64,000 nucleotides of DNA from contig MGTT01000027.1 of the NCBI GenBank assembly GCA_001799575.1, forward strand, positions 11,997-75,996, given 5' to 3'. The notes beneath the pieces are model-generated. The model saw nothing but the letters and a program-made list of their open reading frames with translations. It had not been told where the DNA came from and made no database searches. Made by a program: the position numbers and the translations under genes. Shown piece by piece: positions 51,606 to 61,490 of this stretch; positions within the stretch are counted from its first letter, which is position 1; the number at the start of each line of letters is the position of its first letter. Source of the stretch: Elusimicrobia bacterium GWA2_56_46 (GTDB taxonomy: Bacteria > Elusimicrobiota > Elusimicrobia > Elusimicrobiales > UBA9959).

Positions 51606-51895
51606 AATTTAATTTTTTCTACGCTTTCCGGAGAATCCATAGTGGATATGACCAGAACAGGGATGTGCCGGGTAGCATTATCTCTTTTGAGGGCGTTGCA
51701 GACTTCGTAACCGTTGAGTTTGGGGAGCAGCAGATCCAGGAGGATGAGATCGGGCCTCTCCCGCCTGGCCAGAGTTATCCCCGCTACTCCGTCACCCGCC
51801 AAAAAAACCGCGCGGCCTTCGTTCTCAAGGACTTCCTTCAGAACCACGGAGGTGCTCTTGCTGTCCTCGATTATGAGTATTTTGCTTTTCTTCAT
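51521..51895 (-). CDS. Stand-alone response regulator receiver
   Basis: ILIIED, PDLILLDLLLPKLNG, KP. Confidence 0.92.
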   Translation of the reverse strand: MKKSKILIIEDSKSTSVVLKEVLENEGRAVFLAGDGVAGITLARRERPDLILLDLLLPKLNGYEVCNALKRDNATRHIPVLVISTMDSPESVEKIKLCGAINFMKKPYDLDALLREIKRLLPPA

Positions 51896-52944
51896 GGCAC
51901 AGGCTTTTCCCCGCCCTGATCGGGCGTTTCGGACACTTTCAGCGCCCAGTATACGAAAATGCTGGCTAACGACGGTACCAGGTAGTAAAGGAAACGGAAA
52001 ATGAGCGTGGCTGCCAGGGCGTGGCCTAGTTCCACCCCGGCCTGGACGTAGACGGCCGTCATGGCGGCCTCCATGGCGCCCAGCCCCCCCGGCAGGAAAG
52101 GTATCACCGTCATAAGCTGTCCGAAAGCGAAGCCTATGACAAGCTTGGTGGAGCCCAGATTCACGCCCACGGCGCGGAAAGCGAAATTAAGTATGAAGAT
52201 ATTACTGATCCAGTCCAGACAGACATACGCCAGAACCAGGGGCAGCTCGTATCTGCGGGCGTGAATCGTGCGTATACCGGCGCCAAGCTGGCTTTCGAAC
52301 TCCAGAAAGGTTTCCTCCGGGATCTCTTTCTTTGAGAAAAAAAACAGAAAATGATTGACGATATGATAGATCCTGCGCGCCCAGGCCGAACGCAGTTCGT
52401 GGTGGAAGAACAGCAGGACAAGCGCGAACGCGAAAGCCAGCACAAACAGAACCCCCGCCACGCCTTCAAAAAATTTCATGCCGAACTGGTTGGTTCTGAG
52501 GATCTGCAGCACCATGCCCTCGATTATAACGACTGAAAGCACCAGATAAATGAAAACGCTGATCACCACCGAGGAGGTGACGCTTATCCCATACGGGATC
52601 CGGCGCCGGCTCAGCAGGTGGGCGCGGGTGGCGAAACCGCTTACTCCTCCCGAAGAGACGAAATAATTTACCGTGGTGGAGACGAAAGAGACCCCCGCCG
52701 TCTCCCAGAACGGCAGGCGGTATCCGAGAATCTTCAGCACCTCCCAGAGGGAGAGGCCCATAAAAAGATAGCTCGTAAAGGAAAAAGCCAGCGCGGCCAG
52801 GAGGAACAAAGGATGGGAGTCCCGCATGACCCCGGCAAGCAGGCCGAGGTTGGGGTAGACCAGCGAGAAGAGTATACCCAGCGAGACAGCCACAGGCACA
52901 TAAATGAGCAGTTTCCGCTTTACTTTTGAGTCCGCTATTTTCAT
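51892..52944 (-). CDS. UPF0104/LPG-synthase TM (flippase-like) membrane protein
   Basis: Multiple TM helices; PGGLGAME; LIFR...Y. Confidence 0.85.
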   Translation of the reverse strand: MKIADSKVKRKLLIYVPVAVSLGILFSLVYPNLGLLAGVMRDSHPLFLLAALAFSFTSYLFMGLSLWEVLKILGYRLPFWETAGVSFVSTTVNYFVSSGGVSGFATRAHLLSRRRIPYGISVTSSVVISVFIYLVLSVVIIEGMVLQILRTNQFGMKFFEGVAGVLFVLAFAFALVLLFFHHELRSAWARRIYHIVNHFLFFFSKKEIPEETFLEFESQLGAGIRTIHARRYELPLVLAYVCLDWISNIFILNFAFRAVGVNLGSTKLVIGFAFGQLMTVIPFLPGGLGAMEAAMTAVYVQAGVELGHALAATLIFRFLYYLVPSLASIFVYWALKVSETPDQGGEKPVP

Positions 52945-53033
52945 ATTTAGTAGAATATATTTTAGACTTTTGCGGCGGATAATGAAAGCGGAAAGAAGAA
53001 TCCGGAATCCGGAATCTTGAATCCTGAACCCCT

Positions 53034-54641
53034 ATGTCCATTTACAATTCTGATTTTCTGGTGATAGGCACGGGGCTTTCCGGCCTGCTGACGGCGCATA
53101 AGCTTTCGCGCCTGGGTTCGGTTCACCTTGTCTCCAAGCGCGAAGCGCGCGTTTCCAACACCGATCTCGCCCAGGGCGGCATCGCCGCGGTCACCGGAAA
53201 GGACGACGATTTTCTCCTCCACGTAAACGACACTCTGAAAACCGGATCGGGGCTGGCCGACCGCCGCGTGGTGGAACTCGTGATACGCGAAGGTCCGGCA
53301 AGGATAAAGGAACTGGTGGAACTGGGCGTGCGCTTCACTAAAAAAGGCGCCGGTTTCGAACTCGGCCTTGAGGGCGGACATTCCAGGCGGCGCATCCTGC
53401 ACGCGGCCGACTCTACCGGGCGGGAAATAGAATCAGCGCTGCTTAAACTGTGCCGCTCGAACAAAAAAATCCGTTTTTTCGAGGATCACGCCGCCGTGGA
53501 TCTTATCCTGGACGCCCACCCGGCCGGAACCCGGCCGGCGGCCAACGTCTGCCGAGGGGCATACGTGCTGGAGGCGAAAACCAGCGTCATCCACAGTTTT
53601 CTGGCCGCCAGAACCATACTGGCCTCCGGCGGCGCCGGCAAGGTCTACCTTTACACCTCCAATCCCGACAGCGCCACCGGGGACGGCATGGCCATGGCGT
53701 ACCGGGCCGGCTTGCGCCTCCTTAATATGGAGTTCGTCCAGTTCCACCCCACCTGCCTTTATCATCCCAGGGCCAAATCTTTCCTGATCTCGGAAGCGGT
53801 GCGGGGCGAGGGCGGCGTGCTGCGGCTGGCCGGCGGAGAACCTTTCATGGCGGCCTATGACCCGCGCAAGGAACTGGCTCCGCGCGACATCGTGGCGCGG
53901 GCCATAGACAGCGAGCTTAAAAAAACAGGCGACGAATGCGTTTATCTGGATATAACCTCCCGCCCGGCGGCGTTCATTAAAAAACGCTTCCCGAATATCC
54001 ATAAACAATGCCTCTCTTTCGGCATAGACATGACCAGGGAGCCGATCCCGGTCGTTCCCGCGGCCCATTTTTTCTGCGGCGGAGTGGAAACCGACGACTG
54101 GGGCCGCACCGCCATGCCCGGATTGTACGCCGTAGGTGAAACGGCCCACACCGGTCTGCACGGGGCCAACCGCCTGGCTTCCAATTCGCTGCTGGAGGCC
54201 TGCGTTTTCGCGCACCGGGCGGCCGTCTCCATAAAAGGGGATTTCGTCAGGACGCGCGTCAAAAAAACCCTGAAATCCGGAGTCTGGAATTATGGCGACG
54301 CGCGCCCTTCCGACGAGGCGGTCATGATCACCCATAACTGGGACGAACTCCGCACCCTGATGTGGAACTATGTGGGGATCGTCCGCAGCGACAAACGCCT
54401 GGAACGCGCCGGCGCCAGGGTTAAAATAATCGCCGGGGAGATAGTGAAATATTACTGGGATTTCCTGCTCACACTGGATCTGCTGGAATTACGCAACATC
54501 GCCTGCCTGGCCGATACTATTATCCGTTCGGCGGCCGCGCGCAAGGAATCGCGCGGGCTCCATTTCAACATCAATTACCCGGCCGCCGACGAGGCGTACG
54601 CGAAGAATACGGCGGTGGACCGGTACAGCGGTAACCGGTAA
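53034..54641 (+). CDS. nadB: L-aspartate oxidase
   Basis: GTGLSG, AQGGIAA, EGGHSRRRILH, QFHPT, SEAVRGEG, LAPRDIVAR, GLHGANRLASNSLLE, ESRGLH. Confidence 0.96.
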   Translation: MSIYNSDFLVIGTGLSGLLTAHKLSRLGSVHLVSKREARVSNTDLAQGGIAAVTGKDDDFLLHVNDTLKTGSGLADRRVVELVIREGPARIKELVELGVRFTKKGAGFELGLEGGHSRRRILHAADSTGREIESALLKLCRSNKKIRFFEDHAAVDLILDAHPAGTRPAANVCRGAYVLEAKTSVIHSFLAARTILASGGAGKVYLYTSNPDSATGDGMAMAYRAGLRLLNMEFVQFHPTCLYHPRAKSFLISEAVRGEGGVLRLAGGEPFMAAYDPRKELAPRDIVARAIDSELKKTGDECVYLDITSRPAAFIKKRFPNIHKQCLSFGIDMTREPIPVVPAAHFFCGGVETDDWGRTAMPGLYAVGETAHTGLHGANRLASNSLLEACVFAHRAAVSIKGDFVRTRVKKTLKSGVWNYGDARPSDEAVMITHNWDELRTLMWNYVGIVRSDKRLERAGARVKIIAGEIVKYYWDFLLTLDLLELRNIACLADTIIRSAAARKESRGLHFNINYPAADEAYAKNTAVDRYSGNR

Positions 54642-54736
54642 TCAGTGGCCGGTAACCGGTTAGTCATAAATTTTAAGGGAAACTCTTATGATTTTTACCG
54701 GTTACTGATTACCGAACACCGGATACTAAATTTAAT

Positions 54737-57559
54737 ATGGACAAATTAATTATTACGGGCGCGAGGGCGCATAATCTTAAAAACCTCACCGTCGAACTGC
54801 CCAAGAACAAGCTTGTGGTCCTGACCGGCCTCTCCGGCTCCGGGAAATCCAGCCTGGCTTTTGACACAATCTACGCGGAGGGGCAGAGGCGCTACGTAGA
54901 GAGCCTCTCGGCTTACGCGCGCCAGTTCCTGGAGCAGATGGAAAAACCGGAAGTGGAGTCCATAGAAGGACTCTCGCCGGCCATAGCCATTCAGCAGCAT
55001 TCCCCCTCCAAAAACCCGCGCTCCACCGTCGGAACCGTTACGGAAATCTACGATTATCTCCGCCTGCTGTACGCCAAAGTGGGGGCTCCGTTCTGCCCGC
55101 AATGCGCCCGCCCCATAAAAGCCTGGTCCGCCCAGGGCATAGTTTCCGAGATCTCCTCCAAGTATTCCGGCAGGAGGATAAAAGTGCTGGCCCCGCTCAT
55201 CCGGGGCCGCATAGGAACCTACGAGGAACTTTTTGTCCGGCTGAAAAAAAACGGCTTCGTCAGGATCCGCGTGGACGGCAGACTGCTGGATCTGGATTCC
55301 GTCCCGAAACTGGACCGTTACGTAAAACACACCATAGAACTTTTCGTGGACGAGCTGACGGCTGGCCCGGGCGAAAAAGAGCGCCTCACCGAGGCCGTGG
55401 AACTGGCTCTTTCACAGAGCCGCGGCCTGGCTGCGGTGGAAACGGGAGGCGGAGAGCCGATCCTGTACAGCGAAAAAAACTCCTGCCCGTCCTGCGGCAT
55501 CAGCTTCCCGGAACTGGAGCCCCGGCTTTTCTCCTTCAACTCCCCTTTCGGAGCCTGTCCGGAATGCGGCGGACTGGGGGTCAAGATCGAGATAGATGAG
55601 GCGCTTGTAGTCCCCGACAGAACAAAATCCATCAACGACGGAGCCATAGAAGCCTGGTCCAATCCGGTCACCACGCGCACCCACCGCTGGAAGAATTCCT
55701 GGTCCGGCTATTATATGGAGATGATCCTCGACGCAGCCAGGAAACACCGCATCCCGCTGGATAAGCCCTGGAAAGATCTGTCAAAAAAAGACAGGGACAC
55801 ACTCCTGCGCGGAAACAGCGAGGGAGACTTCGAAGGCGTGATCACGAACCTGAAGCGCCGCTACGCCGATTCCGAATCCGATTTCGTTAAAGAGGAGATC
55901 TACCGCAAGTTCATGCACGAGACCGTCTGCGGGGTCTGCGGCGGGCGCCGTCTCAAACCCGAGGGCCTGCATGTCCTGGTGGGCGGCAAAAACATCGTCC
56001 AGGTCTCAGGTCTGCCCATCGCGGGAATAAAGGAATTCATGGCGGGTCTCGCCCTGGGCGAAAAGCACAGTTCCATCGCCAGGCTGATCCTGAAAGAGAT
56101 AAACTCCCGGCTCACTTTCCTTACCGACGTGGGCCTGGGCTATATCTCGCTGGACCGCCGCTCGGAAACCCTGTCCGGAGGAGAAGCCCAGCGCATCCAG
56201 CTGGCCACCCAGATCGGCAGCGGCCTGACCGGCGTACTTTACGTGCTGGACGAACCCACCATCGGCCTGCACCAGCGTGACAACGCCAAACTCATCAACA
56301 CGCTCAAGTCCCTGCGGGATCTGGGAAATACCCTGCTAGTGGTGGAACATGACGAAGCCGTCATCCGCAGCGCCGATCATATCGTGGATCTGGGGCCGGG
56401 GGCGGGCGCGGCCGGAGGCCATATTACGGCACAAGGGGATCTGCGCGCTATCCTGAAAAACAAAGCGTCCCTGACCGGCGCTTTTTTGCGGGGCGAAAAG
56501 AAAGCCTCCCTGGACCACCCGCTGCGCGCGCCCGGGAAAAACTGGCTTGAATTCACGAAAGCCGAGCAGTTCAACCTTAAGAAAATAGACATCAGGATAC
56601 CCCTGGGCCTTTTCGTAACGCTGTGCGGCGTGTCGGGCTCCGGCAAGTCCACCCTGCTTTACGAGATAATCTACAAGGCCCTGGCCAGGAAGCTTTATAA
56701 CTCCAAAGAAAGCCCCGGCCGGTTCAAAGACATGAAGGGCGAAGAGAACATAGACAAAGTCATCATCGTGGATCAGTCACCCATCGGCAGAACCCCGCGC
56801 TCCAACCCCGCCACCTACACAGGGGTATTCAACCATATCCGCGACATCTTCTCCCGCCTGCCGGAGGCGAAGCGCCGCGGCTACGCGCCCGGACGTTTTT
56901 CATTCAACGTCAAGGGCGGGCGCTGCGAAACCTGCCAGGGCGACGGCACCATCAAAATACAGATGCAGTTCCTCCCGGACGTTTACGTCAAGTGCGAGGA
57001 GTGCCGCGGACTGCGGTTCAACGAGGATACGCTCGGGGTCAGATTCAGGGGAAAAAACGTGGCGGAAGTCCTGGATATGGCCGCCGACGAAGCGGCCGGG
57101 CATTTTTCGGAAATCCCCCAGATCGCCAAAGTCCTTTCCACCATGCGCGAAGTGGGGCTGGGCTACATCAAGCTGGGGCAGAGCGCCACCACCCTTTCCG
57201 GCGGAGAGGCCCAGCGCCTCAAGCTGGCCGAACAGCTGGCCAAACGCTCCACCGGCAGGACGCTTTTCATACTGGATGAGCCGACGACCGGCCTGCATTT
57301 CGCGGACGTGGAGAAACTGCTGAAAGTGCTGCATCGCCTGGCCGACCAGGGGAATACGGTGCTGGTCATAGAGCACAACCTGGACGTCGTAGCGTCTTCC
57401 GACTGGATTATAGAACTGGGGCCGGAGGGCGGGGCGGCGGGCGGGCGGCTTATTTACGCCGGCGCTACTCCCGGCATAACCGGGGCCGCCGGTTCACATA
57501 CCGGGTTTTACCTTAAGGAACACCTTGGGCAAGGCTTAAGGATAAAGGCTAAAGGATAA
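54737..57559 (+). CDS. uvrA: Excinuclease ABC subunit A
   Basis: [23 protein letters not shown], two [21 protein letters not shown], zinc fingers. Confidence 0.98.
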   Translation: MDKLIITGARAHNLKNLTVELPKNKLVVLTGLSGSGKSSLAFDTIYAEGQRRYVESLSAYARQFLEQMEKPEVESIEGLSPAIAIQQHSPSKNPRSTVGTVTEIYDYLRLLYAKVGAPFCPQCARPIKAWSAQGIVSEISSKYSGRRIKVLAPLIRGRIGTYEELFVRLKKNGFVRIRVDGRLLDLDSVPKLDRYVKHTIELFVDELTAGPGEKERLTEAVELALSQSRGLAAVETGGGEPILYSEKNSCPSCGISFPELEPRLFSFNSPFGACPECGGLGVKIEIDEALVVPDRTKSINDGAIEAWSNPVTTRTHRWKNSWSGYYMEMILDAARKHRIPLDKPWKDLSKKDRDTLLRGNSEGDFEGVITNLKRRYADSESDFVKEEIYRKFMHETVCGVCGGRRLKPEGLHVLVGGKNIVQVSGLPIAGIKEFMAGLALGEKHSSIARLILKEINSRLTFLTDVGLGYISLDRRSETLSGGEAQRIQLATQIGSGLTGVLYVLDEPTIGLHQRDNAKLINTLKSLRDLGNTLLVVEHDEAVIRSADHIVDLGPGAGAAGGHITAQGDLRAILKNKASLTGAFLRGEKKASLDHPLRAPGKNWLEFTKAEQFNLKKIDIRIPLGLFVTLCGVSGSGKSTLLYEIIYKALARKLYNSKESPGRFKDMKGEENIDKVIIVDQSPIGRTPRSNPATYTGVFNHIRDIFSRLPEAKRRGYAPGRFSFNVKGGRCETCQGDGTIKIQMQFLPDVYVKCEECRGLRFNEDTLGVRFRGKNVAEVLDMAADEAAGHFSEIPQIAKVLSTMREVGLGYIKLGQSATTLSGGEAQRLKLAEQLAKRSTGRTLFILDEPTTGLHFADVEKLLKVLHRLADQGNTVLVIEHNLDVVASSDWIIELGPEGGAAGGRLIYAGATPGITGAAGSHTGFYLKEHLGQGLRIKAKG

Positions 57560-57576
57560 AGGACAAAAAATCCTTA

Positions 57577-58461
57577 CTACCGCCGAAAATTGGTGAACGT
57601 GAAAGAGGAGAGCTGGGCGGGTTTAAAATTAAAACCAGCCGAAGAAAAATCTCCGGCAAAACTCTGCTTCCCCCCGGCCTCATAGACCCGCAGCCAATCC
57701 CGCCACGACCGGTCAAAGTCCGGGAAGTTTTTGATCCTGTACATTTTCCAGAGGGCCGGTTCCAGTTTTTCCCCTTTCCTCAGCAGCTGGCATAAATTCT
57801 TAAATTGCAGTCGTTTGCGCGGCTGAAAGAGATACGAGACCACCCCGAACGCCTCCAGATACCAGTATCCCACTTCTTCGGCGGAATCCAGCCGGTCCAC
57901 GCTGAGTTTCAGAAAACCGTCCAGCGGCAGGATCTTCTCCGCGGGAAAATATTTAAGGGCCTGGGTCCAGGGACCTTCGCCGGGATACGACATATCCTCC
58001 ATAAGCACGGCGAGCCCCTCATTAAGCCATTGCGGCGGGTAAGCGAGGTACTCGCCGTAATAGCTTTCGAAATACAGGTGCGAAAGTTCATGGGCCGCCA
58101 CGGCGCGCAGCTTGACGATGTCCCCGGGATCGTATACTACCACCGTTTTTGTGGCAAAATACGCCAGGCCTTTCGACCATTTCGGGGGATTGAATTCGCC
58201 TTTAAGATAGGAGTCCTGATCCCTGTATATGTAGATCCTGGTCTTCTCGCTTACCATCCAGGGCGCGAACATCGAGACCGTAAAGCGCAGTCTGCCGTAA
58301 AGGCGCTCCAGTTCAAGGGAGATGGAATCCGGAGACCAGTCGGATTCGTGATAGATCTTAAAATGCGGAGAGGCTTTCAGATGCCAGGCGGCGGGAGGCG
58401 CTTCAGGCGGCCCGGCGGCGGAAAGATTCAGGACTGAAAACAAAAGTATAAAAAGGATCAT
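57577..58461 (-). CDS. Exported peptidase MA-like (gluzincin) protein
   Basis: Signal peptide; HELSH then WLNEGLA. Confidence 0.8.
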   Translation of the reverse strand: MILFILLFSVLNLSAAGPPEAPPAAWHLKASPHFKIYHESDWSPDSISLELERLYGRLRFTVSMFAPWMVSEKTRIYIYRDQDSYLKGEFNPPKWSKGLAYFATKTVVVYDPGDIVKLRAVAAHELSHLYFESYYGEYLAYPPQWLNEGLAVLMEDMSYPGEGPWTQALKYFPAEKILPLDGFLKLSVDRLDSAEEVGYWYLEAFGVVSYLFQPRKRLQFKNLCQLLRKGEKLEPALWKMYRIKNFPDFDRSWRDWLRVYEAGGKQSFAGDFSSAGFNFKPAQLSSFTFTNFRR

Positions 58462-58498
58462 CTTCCACCGTCTTCGCCGATTTTCCTTAACGCCGTTT

Positions 58499-59209
58499 TT
58501 AGTTCTGGCCGCTGCGGATCACCCTTACGTTCGTGTTAAGCGTAACGTCTATAAGCCTGGATGTGGAACGGAAATCCTTAACTCCGGAAACGACCTGCGC
58601 CCACGGATCCCAGTATACGCGCAGATTGATATTCACCACACTGTTGCCGAGAGTGTTAATACCGCTTGTCGGACGCGAAAATAAACTCGGGGCGGGGTAG
58701 ACAAACGAAGATAACAGAAGCGGAACGGCCTCCCCGGGCCGCGTGATCTGGCCGCAATTACCGGCGACCGGGTAGCCGTTAGCGGTGTTCCAGACCGTGC
58801 CGGAAGGGCAGCCCGACCCGCCCGTTATCGGTCCGGTGTGGTAGAACAGGCAGTTACCGAGCGGACACTGGGCCGTGACGCCGGGAAGATAGCAGAAATA
58901 ATGCCAGGCGGTCAGGGACGGCGTGTCGGGATTTACGGGGTAGCATCCGCTCCTCTGATCCACATTTACGGCGAAAGCGAGAATATTCCCGGAACCGCCG
59001 GACAGAGGCAGATCTATCCTGTTACTCTGCTGCAACCTCGAAGTAATGGCTTTCATAGCCACCGAGGCGCCGGCCTTAACTGTGTTCTGCCGGTAGTTCT
59101 GGAACAGATGCTTGTGCGCGGTGGAATAGATCGTGGCCAGGGACATGGCCATGAACCCGAAAAGCAGGATGGCGATGAGCAGCTCGATGAGGGTAAAACC
59201 TTTTTTCAT
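58499..59209 (-). CDS. Prepilin-type protein (minor pilin)
   Basis: KKG-FTLIEL cleavage/methylation motif. Confidence 0.88.
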   Translation of the reverse strand: MKKGFTLIELLIAILLFGFMAMSLATIYSTAHKHLFQNYRQNTVKAGASVAMKAITSRLQQSNRIDLPLSGGSGNILAFAVNVDQRSGCYPVNPDTPSLTAWHYFCYLPGVTAQCPLGNCLFYHTGPITGGSGCPSGTVWNTANGYPVAGNCGQITRPGEAVPLLLSSFVYPAPSLFSRPTSGINTLGNSVVNINLRVYWDPWAQVVSGVKDFRSTSRLIDVTLNTNVRVIRSGQN

Positions 59210-59212
59210 AGG

Positions 59213-59740
59213 TTAATCGGCATAGCGCATATAAAATTTAACCGTCTTGCAGGATTTCGAGGGAGTATTGGTGGGCTGGGAAGGGATCAGGAAACGCCCG
59301 TTAATGCAATCGCTGTCTTCCACGGTATAGTAAAGATAACAGGATCCCCCCATGACGCAATTAGGAACCGCGCCCGAGGACGTGTCCCGGCGCAGAACGG
59401 CATTTTCAGCGGTGTTCATCAGCGAGGAAATATCGTGGGTTCCGGCGGCCAGCGCCCATTGTCCGCTGGCGTCCACTCCTGTCCAGATCCCCCCGGCATT
59501 GGGCGAATAATCAGGGTCGGACGGATCCACGCTGACAAAAGCCTGTAGGGTCTGCCGCGCCTTTTTCAGCACCATGGCCGACAGCTCTTTTTTGTCCGAT
59601 TTTTTCTCTGAAACAAAACTCGACAGGATCACTGAAAATACGGCCACTGTAGTAGTGGCCGCTATCAGAATGGCGATTGTAACTTCCACCAGTGTCTGGC
59701 CGGGTCTTTTGTGAATTTTTAGCGTCAGAAATTCGGGCAT
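59213..59740 (-). CDS. Prepilin-like protein (minor pilin)
   Basis: RPG-QTLVEV plus hydrophobic helix. Confidence 0.8.
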   Translation of the reverse strand: MPEFLTLKIHKRPGQTLVEVTIAILIAATTTVAVFSVILSSFVSEKKSDKKELSAMVLKKARQTLQAFVSVDPSDPDYSPNAGGIWTGVDASGQWALAAGTHDISSLMNTAENAVLRRDTSSGAVPNCVMGGSCYLYYTVEDSDCINGRFLIPSQPTNTPSKSCKTVKFYMRYAD

Positions 59741-60210
59741 GACGGAGCTCCGCCGACAGGCGAACAGCCGCCCGAGGTGCTGAAATCATATCCCCAACTA
59801 CTGTAAGGAGTGGTGTTGGTGCCGGGGCTGGGTCCGGTCTTGCGCCGGATACTGGAGGCGAAACCGCCGGCGCCGATAGAATAGGAATACGCACCCCCGC
59901 CCCAATTTTGCTTGGCCACATAATTGCAGGCCACCAGGAGGCAGGGATTGGGGGCCGCCGGCGCCAGGGCGCAGGCGGTATAAGTGTTGCATGTATCGGT
60001 GATCTGTCCGTTCAAGGGCGCGCCCGGATTATCCACCAGGTACATCCGGTAAGAATTGGCCAGCAGCTGCCCGATACCCACCGCATCCCCGGCTTTAGAA
60101 ACTTCAACCGTCTTCAGATAATAAGGGATACCCATGGTAGCCAGTATACCGATGATCACGGTAACAACCACAAGCTCGATAAGCGTAAACCCTTTCCTGT
60201 TATTTTTCAT
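59725..60210 (-). CDS. Type IV pilin (PilA/PilE-like)
   Basis: MKNNRKG-FTLIELVVVTVIIGILATMGIP; GGAGG RBS supports the start at 60210. Confidence 0.9.
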   Translation of the reverse strand: MKNNRKGFTLIELVVVTVIIGILATMGIPYYLKTVEVSKAGDAVGIGQLLANSYRMYLVDNPGAPLNGQITDTCNTYTACALAPAAPNPCLLVACNYVAKQNWGGGAYSYSIGAGGFASSIRRKTGPSPGTNTTPYSSWGYDFSTSGGCSPVGGAPSCPNF

Positions 60211-60230
60211 AAATCCCTCCGCAGGCAAGT

Positions 60231-61454
60231 TTACTTCGCGCCTATCTGGGACAGCTGGAAGATGGGCATAAAGATCGACAGGACGATCGTTCCGATGATG
60301 GCGCCTATACCCACCACCAGGATCGGGTCTATCATCGAGGAAAAACGCCTGATCCATTGTTCTATCTGCTCCTGGTAGAATTTCGAGAGCACCACGATTA
60401 TATCCGGCAGTTTTCCGGACTCCTCGCCCATCCACATCATTTCCGTGACCAGGCCGGGGAAGATCCCGGTCTTTTTAAAAGACTCGGAGATGGAGCGCCC
60501 GCTGGCGATATCGTTTTTGGCTTTTTTAAGCGCGTTCTGGTAGATAAGATTTTTTCGGAACGCTCCCTCCAGCACAGAAACGGCGTTCAGAATGCTGACA
60601 CCAGAGCGGATCAGGGTGGACATGGTGGTAAGAAGCCGCTCCGTCTGCATATTCTTTATCAGGCCGCCAAAAACCGGAATCCTGAACTGAATATGGTTCC
60701 AGGTCAGCAGCCCCGGGGAAGTCGCTATATAGGCCCTGAACGAAACGACGGCGCCTATGACCACTACCGCGATGAGAACAAAATATTTGGCGAAAACACC
60801 CGAAATCGCCACGATAAAACGTGTGAGCAAAGGGAGCGTCAGATTGAAGTCGCTGAACACCCCCGCGAAGACCGGGACGACATAGATGATAAAGTAGGCC
60901 AAAACGCCCACGGAGGATACGGCCAGAACCGCGGGGTAGGCCAGCGCCGTCACTATCTTGGACTTTATATTTTCCTGCGATTCGCAGTACGAGGTTATCT
61001 GCCGCAGAACGGTCGGCAGCTGGCCGGAAACTTCTCCCGCCTGCACCAGGGAAACCCAGATTTCGTCAAAAACTTTCGGATGCTTTTCGAGGGCCTTGTG
61101 AAAGGTTCCCCCCGCGGAAACTTCCTTTGTGACCTGCCCCAGCACCATGGAGAGGCTCTTGTTGCCGGAATGCTCGCCCAGCAGCGAAAGCGCGCGCACC
61201 AGCGGGATGCCTCCGCCCAGCAGCGTGGACATCTGCTCGCCGAAGAAAACCAGATCCCGGCCGGAAACTTTGCCTTTATTAAACTGCGGCACTCTCAGGA
61301 GGCTCCTGGATTTGGCTTCCTCCACCTGGATGGAAAGGATAAAGAGGCCTTTGGCCTGCAGAGACTGTACAGCCTGATCCTCGTCGTCGGCGTTAACGCT
61401 CCCCGTGGTAACCGTACCCTGGGCGTCCTGCACCGTATATATAAATTTGGCCAT
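60231..61454 (-). CDS. pilC: T4P/T2SS platform protein (PilC/GspF)
   Basis: AGEVSGQL, ALAYP, LPLLT, GEESGKL, IDP..F.PIF. Confidence 0.92.
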   Translation of the reverse strand: MAKFIYTVQDAQGTVTTGSVNADDEDQAVQSLQAKGLFILSIQVEEAKSRSLLRVPQFNKGKVSGRDLVFFGEQMSTLLGGGIPLVRALSLLGEHSGNKSLSMVLGQVTKEVSAGGTFHKALEKHPKVFDEIWVSLVQAGEVSGQLPTVLRQITSYCESQENIKSKIVTALAYPAVLAVSSVGVLAYFIIYVVPVFAGVFSDFNLTLPLLTRFIVAISGVFAKYFVLIAVVVIGAVVSFRAYIATSPGLLTWNHIQFRIPVFGGLIKNMQTERLLTTMSTLIRSGVSILNAVSVLEGAFRKNLIYQNALKKAKNDIASGRSISESFKKTGIFPGLVTEMMWMGEESGKLPDIIVVLSKFYQEQIEQWIRRFSSMIDPILVVGIGAIIGTIVLSIFMPIFQLSQIGAK

Positions 61455-61490
61455 GATTTCTCCTCGATCCCCCGCCCTATACCCGCTGAC

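Noticed and set aside
60211-60435. 75-aa N-terminal extension of the pilin
   Set aside because: It overlaps pilC; the RBS and prepilin leader place the start at 60210.
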